From positions 1-63,515 of IMG/VR virus record IMGVR_UViG_3300050343_000155: DNA of 63,515 bases; one strand, written 5' to 3'. The notes under the pieces are model-generated. The model was not told the DNA's origin. It ran no database searches and was given only the letters and a program-made list of their open reading frames with translations. Shown in pieces: positions 26,693 through 36,933 of the stretch (its first letter is position 1; every line of letters begins with the position of its first letter). Both the position numbers and the translations under genes were made by a program. This stretch comes from a virus (taxonomy: Duplodnaviria > Caudoviricetes).

Positions 26693-28828
26693 TGTCTAGT
26701 TTAATCGACATAAAAGGTTATGAAGCTAAGGGGATTAAGATCGACCCTAACGGTACAGAAGGAGAAACTATCGAGCTCCACGGGTTACTCGTGGTACTAC
26801 CGAAGAAACCGCGCAAATCGGAAATTCTCTTCCATAACCAACCAAAGAAGTTGCAGCTGTGGAAACGCATTCCTATGCCAGAGGAGATGCGTAGGATACG
26901 CAGTATGGATGAGTGGTTCGAAAAGCCTGCCGAGTTTCGGAACAAGTTTCGTTCTTACATCGAACAAGAGTTTCAGCGTAGGCGTGACGGTGTATGGTTT
27001 TACAATAATGGGGAACCTACGTATATTACAGGGAGACACTATATGTTTCTACAATGGTCTAAAATTGATATCGGATACCCATCATACCTTGCTTTCCAAA
27101 AAGACATCTTTACTCACATGGCTGCTTGTGAAGCTGATCCTCGTTGTTTCGGTCAGCTTTATACTAAGTGCCGTCGTTCTGGCTACACTAATGTATGCTC
27201 TGCTGTCCTGGTGGACGAAGCTAGTCAAGTTAAAGAGAAGCTTCTTGGCATACAGTCGAAGACTGGTAAAGACTCGCAGGAGAACATATTCATGAAGAAG
27301 GTGGTTGCGATCTTTCGTAGCTACCCATTCTTCTTCAAGCCAATCCAGGACGGTACCACAAACCCTCGTATGGAGCTGGCGTTTCGTGAACCATCTAAGC
27401 GTATCACGAAAAACAACAAGACTTCTCAGATTGGTGACGCCCTTAACTCGGTTATAAACTGGAAGAACACCACCAATAACGCATATGACGGCGAGAAGCT
27501 GCACATGCTGTACCTCGATGAGGCTGGTAAGTGGGAAAAACCCACTGACATCAGGGAGGCCTGGAGGATTGAACGTACTTGCTTGATTGTAGGTAAGAGA
27601 GTAGTTGGTAAAGCCCTTGTGGGGAGTACGGTAAACCCTATGAACAAAGGGGGCGAAGAGTATAGAGAATTGTGGGCTGACTCTGACCCCAACGAAAGAA
27701 ACCAGAACGGAAGAACTAGGTCTGGACTGTACAGAATATTCATTCCAGCCTATGACGCGCTTTGGAGGGCTTTTTCGATATTTACGGTAATGCTGTTGTT
27801 GAGGACCCCTCCCAAAGCACACACATACAGGGTATAGACGGGGAGGTCCTATCGATCAAGGCAGCAAGACCTATCTCAAGAACGAGCGCAGCTCTTTTAA
27901 GAATGACCCCTCTGAGCTAAATGAGATTATTAGGCAGTTCCCTTTCACTGAGGACGAAGCGTTTAGAGATAGTATCGAGGGCAGTCTATTTAATATAGGT
28001 AAGATCTACCAACAAATAGAGTTTAATGAAGATATGTTTCCTAATCCAGTAGTAAAGGGTAACTTCATATGGAGAAAGAAAGACGAAGAGGTTGTGTTCT
28101 CTCCAGATCCAAATGGTAGGTTTAGGGTATCCTGGATGCCACCTGATCATCTAAGAAATCAGAAAAAAGACGAGAGAGGGAAAAAGATAGCCCCTAACGG
28201 GCATGTCGGTGTTGGAGGGGTCGATTCGTATGACTTAGACGCTACAGTTGACGGAAGGGGCTCTAAAGGCGCTCTACACATGTACAATAAGTTCAGCATG
28301 GATGCCCCTGCTAATATGTTCGTAGTGGAATACGCTTCTCGTCCTGACCTAGCTAGCATCTTTTATGAGGATGTCTTGATGTGTGCTTTCTTTTACGGGT
28401 ATCCTTTACTTGTAGAGAACAATAAGTACGGTATCGTAAGGTACTTTGAATCAAGAGGTTACGACGGTTACTTAATGGACCGACCTGACTTCCTTAAGAC
28501 AGGAAACTCCTCGGTGAATGTAAGAACCAAGGGAATACCATCTAACTCACAGGATGTGATACAGTCTCACGCCCAGGCTATCGAGGCATACATACACGAT
28601 CACGTAGGCATAAAGGCTGAGACTGAGGAGTTTGGTAACATGTACTTCAACCGAACTCTAGAGGATTGGATTGCATATAAGATAGATAAGCGTACTAAGT
28701 TTGACTTGACTATTAGTTCTGGTCTAGCGCTTCTAGGTGCTCAGAAAGCAAAGAAAGAAAAGATTGTATCCGACTTCAAAGACAAGAAGTTTTTCAGGAC
28801 TCACAAGCCAAAAGCTTGGCACTTCTAG
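26692..28828 (+). CDS. terL: Terminase large subunit (crAss-like), interrupted by two apparent frameshifts at ~27757-27850
   Basis: KCRRSGYT (Walker A-like), YLDEAGKW (Walker B), GSTVN and nuclease GGVDSYD...VENNK. The bridging frames read LEGFFDIYG and IRQFPFTEDEAFRD. Confidence 0.85.
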
Positions 28829-28873
28829 TTTTACTATATTTGCATTGAGTTATAAGAACTCTACTCATTGCAG

Positions 28874-31303
28874 ATGCACAGTAACAACAAAAAATCTAGC
28901 TTTCCAGACCCGCTGGCCCCATCTGAGCAAAAGCAAAGCAAGGCTTATGGTCTTAGCTACGCCAAGGCTGTATATAAGCAGTGGGGTAAGATGGATCAGC
29001 AGAACTCTATCTTCGGTAATAGGAAGAAGACGTTCGAAAGGAATCGCCGCTACGCTAACGGAACTCAAGATACAGCTATTTATAAGTCTCTTCTTACTTC
29101 GTTAGACCCGAATAACGGGGATGGAAGTATGCTCAATATTGATTTTACTCCAGTTCCTATTCTACCTAAGTTCGTTAGGATCGTAGTAAACAAGATCCTG
29201 TCTTTATCCCCCTATCCAAACCTGGAGGCGATTGACCCTCTTTCTTCTTCCGAAAAGGACGCAAGCAGAAAAAAGGTAGACATGCTTGTTCAATCTAAAA
29301 GAATTATTTCCAAGATAGAAGAAAAGACGGGGGTTTCTATAGGCATGAACTCTGAATTAATCCCAGAGTCTTTGGAGGAGTCTGAGATATTTATAGACAA
29401 CAACATAAAATCTTCTTCCGAGATAGCCGCTCAGCTTGGCACTAACTTGACCTTAGAGTGGAACGAGTTTAATGATTCCACTCTACGGAGATGTGTGAAT
29501 GACCTTGCTATTACAGGAATGGCGGTTGTCAAGCGTTCTAACGACCCTAGCCACGGAATTAAAACCGATTATATTGACCCTATAAATTTTGTTCACAGCT
29601 TTACGGAAGATCCAGACTTTGGAGACCTTACGTATGCTGGTCATGTGAGGTACGTTCCCATTCATGAGTTAAAGCGCATGGCTGGAGATCAGTTCACAGA
29701 AGATGAGTTTAAAGAGATAGCGGACAAGGCTCAAAAGAAGTACGGTTATGATGCTGGTAAGATGAATCAGTCTTCTTACGACAGAGTAAACAACCAGTCT
29801 AACTTTGGTTACGACGAGTATATGGTTGAGGTGCTTGACTTTGAGTTTATGTCAGTTGACTGCGAGTATTTCGAAAATAAGGAAAGCAGATACGGTAACG
29901 TGGGTTTTTACTCTAAAGGAGAAAACTACAAAGGGCCTCAGAACTCTGTTTTTAACAGGGACGTAGTAAAGCTTGAGTCTGCTTCTGTGTACGGAGGTTG
30001 TTACGTTTTGGGTACTGACTTCTTGTTTAATTATAGCAAGAAGACCAATATACCTAAAAACATTCACGACATCTCCAAGACTAATTTATCGTACTCGGTT
30101 TGTTCTACTAACATTCTCGATATGATGCCTAAGTCTATGGTTGACAGCTGCATCGGTTTTGCTGATCAGCTTCAGCTCACGCACTTAAAGATTCAGCAAG
30201 CGGTATCCAAGGCTAAGCCAGATGGAATCATTATTGATATTGAAGGCTTGGAAAATGTTCAACTAGGAAAAGGCGGAGAGCTACAGCCTCTTGATCTTCA
30301 TGATATTTACGAGCAGACTGGTGTGTTCTACTACAGAAGCAAGAACCCAGAGGGAGGATTTCAGAACCCACCTATCAGAGAGATTGGAAATAGTATCCGA
30401 AACATAAATGAGTTGATTGGACTGTACAATCACTATTTAAAAATGATTCGAGACGCTACTGGAATCAACGAAGTCATGGACGCTTCTTCGCCGAAAGGGG
30501 ACGCTCTTGTGGGTGTGAGACAGCAAGCTTTGGCTGCTGCTAACAACGCTATATACGACATCACCAACTCTTCTATGATTCTTTATAAGAAGGTTTGTAG
30601 TGACGTGGTTAAGTGTCTTCAGGTTATCCATCCAGACTCTGTTCTTTACAGAATATACGAAAACGCTATAGGCAAAGAAAACATGTCTGTTTTGAGTTCT
30701 TTTAGAAACCTCTCTATGTACAACTTTGGAGTAAGGGTGATAAAAGAAATGGAAGAGGGCGAGCGCCAGTACTTGGAACAGAATATTCAAATAGCTTTGT
30801 CTCAAAAAGAGATAGACCTAGAGGACGCTATTTCCGTTAGGCAACTAAAAGATATAAATCAGGCTGAAAGACTTCTTGTTGTTAGGCGTAAAAAAAGAAT
30901 GGCAATGAGTCAGCAGGTCGCAATGCAAAATTCTCAGCAACAAGCTCAGATCCAGCAGCAGTCAGCGCAAGCCACCTCACAAGCAAAGCAGCAAGAGATG
31001 CAATTGCAATCTCAGCTTACCGCTCAGGAACTTCAACTCAGGAGCGAGCTTGAAGCGAAACTTGAAGGGGTAAAGCATGAGTTTAATAAAGAGATAGAGA
31101 TGATAAAGGCTCAGTCCGCAGAGTCTAGATCAAAACAAGATAGAAACCTTAAATCTAACTTGGATTTAGAAAAAGAAGACAGGAAGGACGAGAGAGTGAA
31201 GAAACAAGCCGTTGAGCAAAGTAAATTGCTTTCTCAGCGTCAGGGAGAGAGAAGTGAGCTACCAGAAGAATCAGGAGATATAACATCAGAGATACTACAG
31301 TAA
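28874..31303 (+). CDS. Portal protein
   Basis: ~810 aa directly after terL; PILPKFV, DATGINE and a Q-rich C-terminal coiled coil, as in crAss-like portals. Confidence 0.8.
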   Translation: MHSNNKKSSFPDPLAPSEQKQSKAYGLSYAKAVYKQWGKMDQQNSIFGNRKKTFERNRRYANGTQDTAIYKSLLTSLDPNNGDGSMLNIDFTPVPILPKFVRIVVNKILSLSPYPNLEAIDPLSSSEKDASRKKVDMLVQSKRIISKIEEKTGVSIGMNSELIPESLEESEIFIDNNIKSSSEIAAQLGTNLTLEWNEFNDSTLRRCVNDLAITGMAVVKRSNDPSHGIKTDYIDPINFVHSFTEDPDFGDLTYAGHVRYVPIHELKRMAGDQFTEDEFKEIADKAQKKYGYDAGKMNQSSYDRVNNQSNFGYDEYMVEVLDFEFMSVDCEYFENKESRYGNVGFYSKGENYKGPQNSVFNRDVVKLESASVYGGCYVLGTDFLFNYSKKTNIPKNIHDISKTNLSYSVCSTNILDMMPKSMVDSCIGFADQLQLTHLKIQQAVSKAKPDGIIIDIEGLENVQLGKGGELQPLDLHDIYEQTGVFYYRSKNPEGGFQNPPIREIGNSIRNINELIGLYNHYLKMIRDATGINEVMDASSPKGDALVGVRQQALAAANNAIYDITNSSMILYKKVCSDVVKCLQVIHPDSVLYRIYENAIGKENMSVLSSFRNLSMYNFGVRVIKEMEEGERQYLEQNIQIALSQKEIDLEDAISVRQLKDINQAERLLVVRRKKRMAMSQQVAMQNSQQQAQIQQQSAQATSQAKQQEMQLQSQLTAQELQLRSELEAKLEGVKHEFNKEIEMIKAQSAESRSKQDRNLKSNLDLEKEDRKDERVKKQAVEQSKLLSQRQGERSELPEESGDITSEILQ

Positions 31304-31806
31304 TGGCAAATACTTTAAACCTAGATAGATCGCAAAGGCTAGACGTCGTTTGCAAGCGTGGTGATACGTTTAAGATGAACCTTGAGTTGAAGGATGACGA
31401 TGGCACAAACATAGACCTGAATGGTGCTTATAATGGGTCTGATGCAATCACAACCCCTATCTATGCTTTTAAGATGCAGGTTAGGAACGCGGACACTGAT
31501 GATGGAACGGGACAAGGCGGCGCGGATGGTTATCTTATTGAGTCTTGGGCCGCTATTGACAACAGAGATTCCACTCAATCGAGTGTTTATTTAGACCCAA
31601 CTAACTTAGCTACTTTTACGATTCCTCACGGAACCATGGAAAGCCTACAATCTGGCGTTTACGTTTATGACATCGAGAAGAGACTTTTTAATTCTTTAGG
31701 CTCCACTGATTGGGATGACAACACTTCAATAGAACCAGCAGTCCCAAACGACGTAGAAACAATTTTATACGGGGTGTTTACAGTAAACGAAGACATCACC
31801 CTTTAA
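31303..31806 (+). CDS. Fibre-attachment/adaptor protein (BppU N-terminal-like)
   Basis: KRGDTFKM...MQVR...GVYVYDIE...GVFTV.EDIT. Confidence 0.55.
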   Translation: MANTLNLDRSQRLDVVCKRGDTFKMNLELKDDDGTNIDLNGAYNGSDAITTPIYAFKMQVRNADTDDGTGQGGADGYLIESWAAIDNRDSTQSSVYLDPTNLATFTIPHGTMESLQSGVYVYDIEKRLFNSLGSTDWDDNTSIEPAVPNDVETILYGVFTVNEDITL

Positions 31807-31815
31807 TACATACCA

Positions 31816-34017
31816 ATGGCTAAGATAAATGTATCGGTCTCTTCGAGCAGCTCGAAGCCTAACGTAACTGTATCTAAAGGCCCAGTTGGTCCTCAGGGTG
31901 AACAAGGAGTTCAGGGTGAGGCTGGTCCTTCGGGTCCTGCTGGCGTTGTCCCTAGCTTAGAGTCTATTCCTAATGTCCATATACCTTCATTAGAAAACGG
32001 AGGTTATATTGATAACCCATCTGATGGTGGTCACATTCAAAACGCGCTTACTTTTGATCCTCAAAACAACAGGTGGACAACTGTTAATGCAGCGATGGGA
32101 AGTGTACCAACATCAGGAAATAAATCTGCGGCACCACCAACGGGCAACTCCTGGACTGACCCAATACTTACTGTAGATTTTAACGAATCTACCTCTGTGG
32201 CTTCGACTAAACTTGCCTTAAATAACTCTAATTACATACCCAGTGATGTAAACCTATACGTAAATGGTCCGTCTAGGTTTAACGGGTCTGTACAGATTGC
32301 TTCGGGGGGTTCCACAGTTTACACCTTACCCTCTGCTGACGGTACAGCAAACCAAATACTAAAAACAGACGGAAGCGGTGCTGTTTCTTTTACTGGGGAT
32401 TACCTAACTAAGTCTACTGCCGACGTAATAACTGCTACAAAGAGGTTTAACGTACAGCAAGACTTTCTTGGTGGTGTAAACATAACTAATGGGGCTAGTA
32501 TTAACGGGTATATTCTTCCTGCCTCTGACGGAACGGCTGGTCAATTCTTAAAAACGGATGGGTCTGGAAACATCTCATTTGCTGCGGCTTCTTCTCTTGA
32601 ACTAGGCACAACATCTGCCACCGCACTTGCTGGTGACACAACTACCATTAGCACGACTCAAGCTTCTGAGATTGCCGCCAACACACTTAAGGTTGGGATC
32701 ACGACTACTCAAGCAAATGCAATCACGGCTAATACAGCAAAGACAGACACTCATCTTGGTAACTCTAATTTAACAGCAGCGTTAGATATAGAATACGACC
32801 AAGACGGTTATGATTTAGTGTTCGACCCCAAAGGCGGTACCTTTGAAATCAATGATTCATCTGGGCTTCCAGATGCGGCTGAAATAGCAATTGGTCAAGG
32901 AAATGTAGATATCGCTGGAACTCAAGTCTCTATTAACGGTATAGATTATCCAGCGGTTGACGGCTCTGCTGGTCAGTTCCTTAAGACAGATGGTAGCGGC
33001 AACTTATCCTTTAGTAATGTTGCTCAATCCATAGACGGGCTTACAGACGTAGACACCACTACTACAGCCCCATCAGACGGCCAGGCGTTGGTATGGGATA
33101 ACGTCGCTAGTCAATGGGAGCCAGGAACGATTGAGGGAGGCGTTACATCCATTGTGGCTGGATCGGGTGTTGGCTTATCTCCGACTAACGGACTGGGTGA
33201 TGTTACAATATCTGTAAACACTTCATTCGACTACGCCCGTGCAATTATGGGCAGTGATGTTTTACAAGGCGGTGCAAGCCAACAAAACTTCGACAGCGCA
33301 ACAGCACAGAAAGTAAAGTTCAACACAAGCGCAGACACGGAAGGCACAGGCATAACGATTGACACCACAAACAATCGGATCACAGTGGGTGTGACGGGTT
33401 ACTATGTAATTACGTCGAACATATCCTTTTATAGCGCTGGCGCAAGAACAACGCCCGCAACAAGATTCAAAGTAAACGGCTCAACTGATTTGCTCGGTCA
33501 GGGATATGGATATATCCGTGCGGCTAATGATCAAAACGACAATAACAATTTAATAACTTGCATTGTTGAATTACAGGCAAATGATTATGTCGAAGTCTTT
33601 GTCGGTGACAGTTCGTCAATCTCTTCTGCCGTGTATGCAACACAGGCATTTTTCGAAATTAGTTCAACAGGAGGCGCGGCAGGTGCCACAGGAGTGCAGG
33701 GGCCAAGCGGTACGACTTACGATGTTGTCACCTTGACAGGTTCAACGACTCTTTCTAGTCTGCACACAACAAAATATCTCGTTGTTAACAGTGCGACAGC
33801 AGTAAATATTACCGTACCAGCGTCTGCATCTTATGACACTTACGCAGAGTTTGTGATTGAGCAACGCGGTACGGGAGGTGTTACAATTGTAGCCGCGTCA
33901 GGCGTAACAATTAACACCTCGGAAACATTAGTTTCGGGCGGTCAATATTCTGTCATGGGATTAAAGAGAACCGCGTCAAATGTTTACACCTTGACGGGAG
34001 AAAGACAAGCAAGCTAA
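31816..34017 (+). CDS. Tail/virion fibre protein (short collagen stretch, LP..DG..GQ.LKTDGSG repeats, C1q-like domain)
   Basis: GPxGxQ triplets, three LKTDGSG repeats and VELQANDYVEV. Confidence 0.7.
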   Translation: MAKINVSVSSSSSKPNVTVSKGPVGPQGEQGVQGEAGPSGPAGVVPSLESIPNVHIPSLENGGYIDNPSDGGHIQNALTFDPQNNRWTTVNAAMGSVPTSGNKSAAPPTGNSWTDPILTVDFNESTSVASTKLALNNSNYIPSDVNLYVNGPSRFNGSVQIASGGSTVYTLPSADGTANQILKTDGSGAVSFTGDYLTKSTADVITATKRFNVQQDFLGGVNITNGASINGYILPASDGTAGQFLKTDGSGNISFAAASSLELGTTSATALAGDTTTISTTQASEIAANTLKVGITTTQANAITANTAKTDTHLGNSNLTAALDIEYDQDGYDLVFDPKGGTFEINDSSGLPDAAEIAIGQGNVDIAGTQVSINGIDYPAVDGSAGQFLKTDGSGNLSFSNVAQSIDGLTDVDTTTTAPSDGQALVWDNVASQWEPGTIEGGVTSIVAGSGVGLSPTNGLGDVTISVNTSFDYARAIMGSDVLQGGASQQNFDSATAQKVKFNTSADTEGTGITIDTTNNRITVGVTGYYVITSNISFYSAGARTTPATRFKVNGSTDLLGQGYGYIRAANDQNDNNNLITCIVELQANDYVEVFVGDSSSISSAVYATQAFFEISSTGGAAGATGVQGPSGTTYDVVTLTGSTTLSSLHTTKYLVVNSATAVNITVPASASYDTYAEFVIEQRGTGGVTIVAASGVTINTSETLVSGGQYSVMGLKRTASNVYTLTGERQAS

Positions 34018-34853
34018 TGGGAAATTTTTACCAAGCCGTGTCATCAAATAAAGCTGTTAGCGGTTTATTGCTTGACGTATACTTTAATTCCGTGGCTGCC
34101 TATTCGCTTCGCAAATTACGTACAGCATATACAGGCGATTGCATAGAGGTATATAACGGTACTTCATATGCTGACATAGGATTTGACAGTAGCAACGCTT
34201 TAGATTTGACAGCGTTGGCTAATCACTGCGGATCAAATGATGGGTTTGTGTCAAAAATTTATGATCAGTCAGGCAATAATTATGATGCTAATCAAACCAC
34301 GCCTAATAATATGGCTAAAATATATGATGGTGCTTCTCAATCTGTAATTGTTGAAAATGGAAAGCCACAACTACAAGGTAGTAGTCAATCAGCGAATCCT
34401 GGCGGGGGAGTGTTTTATCAAACTTCTGGAAATTCAAACTCTTATGCTGACGTAAGTATATTTATTGTCTCACAGAGATCAACGACCAGTTCTTCAGACT
34501 TTAATGCTATTATGGCTTGGCATCCTACTTACGCCCTTGGTGGTAATCAGTCTAAATATTCGACTCAAGGCGGTAATGGCGGAGGTGCAGGGGTTGGCTC
34601 CAACCTTCACATTGACGGCGTGGCAAATTCTGCTTATCAGAAAAATACCTTTCACCAAGCTCTTGGATCGGCTAATAGAATTATAAGTTCAAATCAGACA
34701 AATTTGCATATTGGAGGAGGTAGACTTAATTTGGGAATAACCTCCACTATAAGTATGCAGCATTTACAGGAGGTGATAATTTTTGATGAGGACAGGAGTA
34801 GCGACCGCGCAGATATTGAAAACAGAATTAACTTACACTACAGCGTATACTAA
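34017..34853 (+). CDS. Fibre-associated lectin-like (ConA/LamG-type) protein
   Basis: AAYSLRKL...KIYDQSGN...QEVIIFD...IENRINLHY pattern. Confidence 0.6.
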   Translation: MGNFYQAVSSNKAVSGLLLDVYFNSVAAYSLRKLRTAYTGDCIEVYNGTSYADIGFDSSNALDLTALANHCGSNDGFVSKIYDQSGNNYDANQTTPNNMAKIYDGASQSVIVENGKPQLQGSSQSANPGGGVFYQTSGNSNSYADVSIFIVSQRSTTSSSDFNAIMAWHPTYALGGNQSKYSTQGGNGGGAGVGSNLHIDGVANSAYQKNTFHQALGSANRIISSNQTNLHIGGGRLNLGITSTISMQHLQEVIIFDEDRSSDRADIENRINLHYSVY

Positions 34854-34883
34854 GGCCTTTTTTTATTTGCTTATCTTTGTTTC

Positions 34884-35012
34884 ATGGCCCGAACAGAAGA
34901 TGATAGTGTATTGCTTCATGTGTCTACGATAGCAACGACACAGACTTTTGTGGTTAGGGACGTCACCCAAATCAACACAGTAATAGTATTTATAGGAGAT
35001 GAGCCAGACTGA
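34884..35012 (+). CDS. 42-aa protein missed by the ORF track, paralogous to the N-terminus of the next gene
   Basis: MARTEDDSVLLHVSTIATTQTFVVRDVTQINTVIVFIGDEPD; its ATG is 4 nt after TATCTTTG. Confidence 0.65.
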   Translation: MARTEDDSVLLHVSTIATTQTFVVRDVTQINTVIVFIGDEPD

Positions 35013-36933
35013 AGAAGATATAATCGTATTAAACGTATCTACCGACACGTCTGGTAAAACCGTTGTCGTTAAAGAGCAGTCAGCACAAAACGTGATCATC
35101 GTTTCTCCTGAGGCTGCCTCAATACCTGCTGGTCCACAAGGCCCTCCTGGTCAGGATGGTCAGCCAGGCGTAGACGGACAGGATGGAGCTGACGGGACCT
35201 CTGTAAACATAGTTGGGAGCTATGCTGGTCCTGCTTCAACCCAACCAGCGTTCAGTGGTTCAAATGCAGGTGATGGATACTTAAATAATGCTGATGGTCA
35301 TTTATGGGTTTGGGACGGAACTCAGTGGGCTGACGTTGGTGAGATAAGGGGACCTCAAGGCGACGAAGGGGCTCTCGGTTTGAGCGCGTATCAGGTTTGG
35401 CTCGGTGAAAACAACAACGGCACAGAACAAGACTTTCTCGACTCTTTGGTTGGGGATACAGGAGCTACAGGAGCTACAGGACCTGCGGGTGCAGACGGGG
35501 AGTCTGAAACGCTTACCTCAGATATTAATGTATTTCTACCGAACGGCGGAAACTTTGGTAAGTTTTCAAGCGGAGAGGATATAGAGGTTGGAGATGGCAC
35601 AAAAACAGCTATCGATATCATTAGAGAGGCTCTAGTTGAGCTTGGCACAATTGGTCAGGTAACTCTTACTACGACAACTACCGTTGCCTTTTCCACAAAC
35701 CCCATATTAAATCAGTCCATTACGCTAGATGCTAGCGTCGCTAACACCAATAACTCTCAAGGCTCCACTGTTACTTTCGAATTTTACAAAAAAACTGGAC
35801 AATCTGGTTCGTATACTCTTTTCCATACAAGTTCTGGAAATGGGGGGGCAACAGCTACGGCATCAGCAACAAGCACTATAAGCTTTGCCTTTGCTTCTGA
35901 GATCCCTACCGATGAGTGGATATACTTTAAGGTAATAGCTACAGATAGTGAAAACTCGACCAATACATTTGATGAAATCGAGTTCGAGCCACAATACCTA
36001 AGACCCTTAATAAGAAAAGACAGCGACGACGACAGTTCTGGTATCGACCTAATAAGGGCTTCTAACCCCCCTGGGGGAGGAGACGGCGACTACGACAGAA
36101 CTAGGTTCAACGGCGAAACTAACGTTCAGTTTATAATCCAACAAAGGACACCAGGCGTTCCTCTAGATACAGTAAAAGTTTACTATGATTCTGGAGATGG
36201 AAACGGGTATGGCGCCATAGCAACAGAAACAAGTCTTTCCGTTTCTGGGGGGTATACATCTACGATTACTGTGAACCATGACGCTGGATTTGTTGATTTT
36301 GGAGATACGAATCAGTATTTGGTAAGACTTTGGGACGATCAGAGGCCATTTTCTAGCGATATATCCACTACCTGTGATCAGCAGTCCGAAAGCTACGAGG
36401 TGAATAGGATACCAATCAAGATGGTATTGTCGCAAACCGAGCTTGATAATAATGACTCTGATTCTGACTGGCAGGATTTGTTTGATGGAACTACGAGCGG
36501 AACCTCAGTTCAAGTAAACGAACAGCTTACAGATACTGGTGACTTCCTAGACGCGAATACTGATCAGCTTTTTGCTGTGTTTACGGTTCCAAGCACCCAG
36601 GCTGTGGGCGACTATATATATTGGTTTGTCCCAACGTATTACTTTTCCGCGTCGAACGGTGGAACTCAAGACATCACTGGAACGTCTAATGCTTTTGTCG
36701 ATTTGTTCCATAATTATAACGGTAATGAAAACTCACCTGGCGGACTGTCCAACGTCATACAGGACCCAGGTGTATTAGATACTGATTATACACTCTTTAA
36801 AACCAACATATCGCTAGAAACTCAATTCGGAAACAGCGCTAATACAACCCCGTATATAGCCTTTAGGATTAAAGACGCCTTAGGGGGAACAGGACTAAGA
36901 AACACAAAAATATTAATTAGAAACAACGAGTAA
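34999..36933 (+). CDS. Collagen-containing virion fibre protein
   Basis: GXY triplets, LWVWDGTQWADVG.IRGPQG and SAYQVWL..GTEQDFLDSL. Confidence 0.7.
   Translation: MSQTEEDIIVLNVSTDTSGKTVVVKEQSAQNVIIVSPEAASIPAGPQGPPGQDGQPGVDGQDGADGTSVNIVGSYAGPASTQPAFSGSNAGDGYLNNADGHLWVWDGTQWADVGEIRGPQGDEGALGLSAYQVWLGENNNGTEQDFLDSLVGDTGATGATGPAGADGESETLTSDINVFLPNGGNFGKFSSGEDIEVGDGTKTAIDIIREALVELGTIGQVTLTTTTTVAFSTNPILNQSITLDASVANTNNSQGSTVTFEFYKKTGQSGSYTLFHTSSGNGGATATASATSTISFAFASEIPTDEWIYFKVIATDSENSTNTFDEIEFEPQYLRPLIRKDSDDDSSGIDLIRASNPPGGGDGDYDRTRFNGETNVQFIIQQRTPGVPLDTVKVYYDSGDGNGYGAIATETSLSVSGGYTSTITVNHDAGFVDFGDTNQYLVRLWDDQRPFSSDISTTCDQQSESYEVNRIPIKMVLSQTELDNNDSDSDWQDLFDGTTSGTSVQVNEQLTDTGDFLDANTDQLFAVFTVPSTQAVGDYIYWFVPTYYFSASNGGTQDITGTSNAFVDLFHNYNGNENSPGGLSNVIQDPGVLDTDYTLFKTNISLETQFGNSANTTPYIAFRIKDALGGTGLRNTKILIRNNE

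Noticed and set aside
27750-27860. Programmed frameshift or intron in terL
   Set aside because: Two nearby indels with protein-like bridging frames, no extra inserted sequence and no clear slippery site. Sequencing or assembly error in an essential gene is the simplest explanation.
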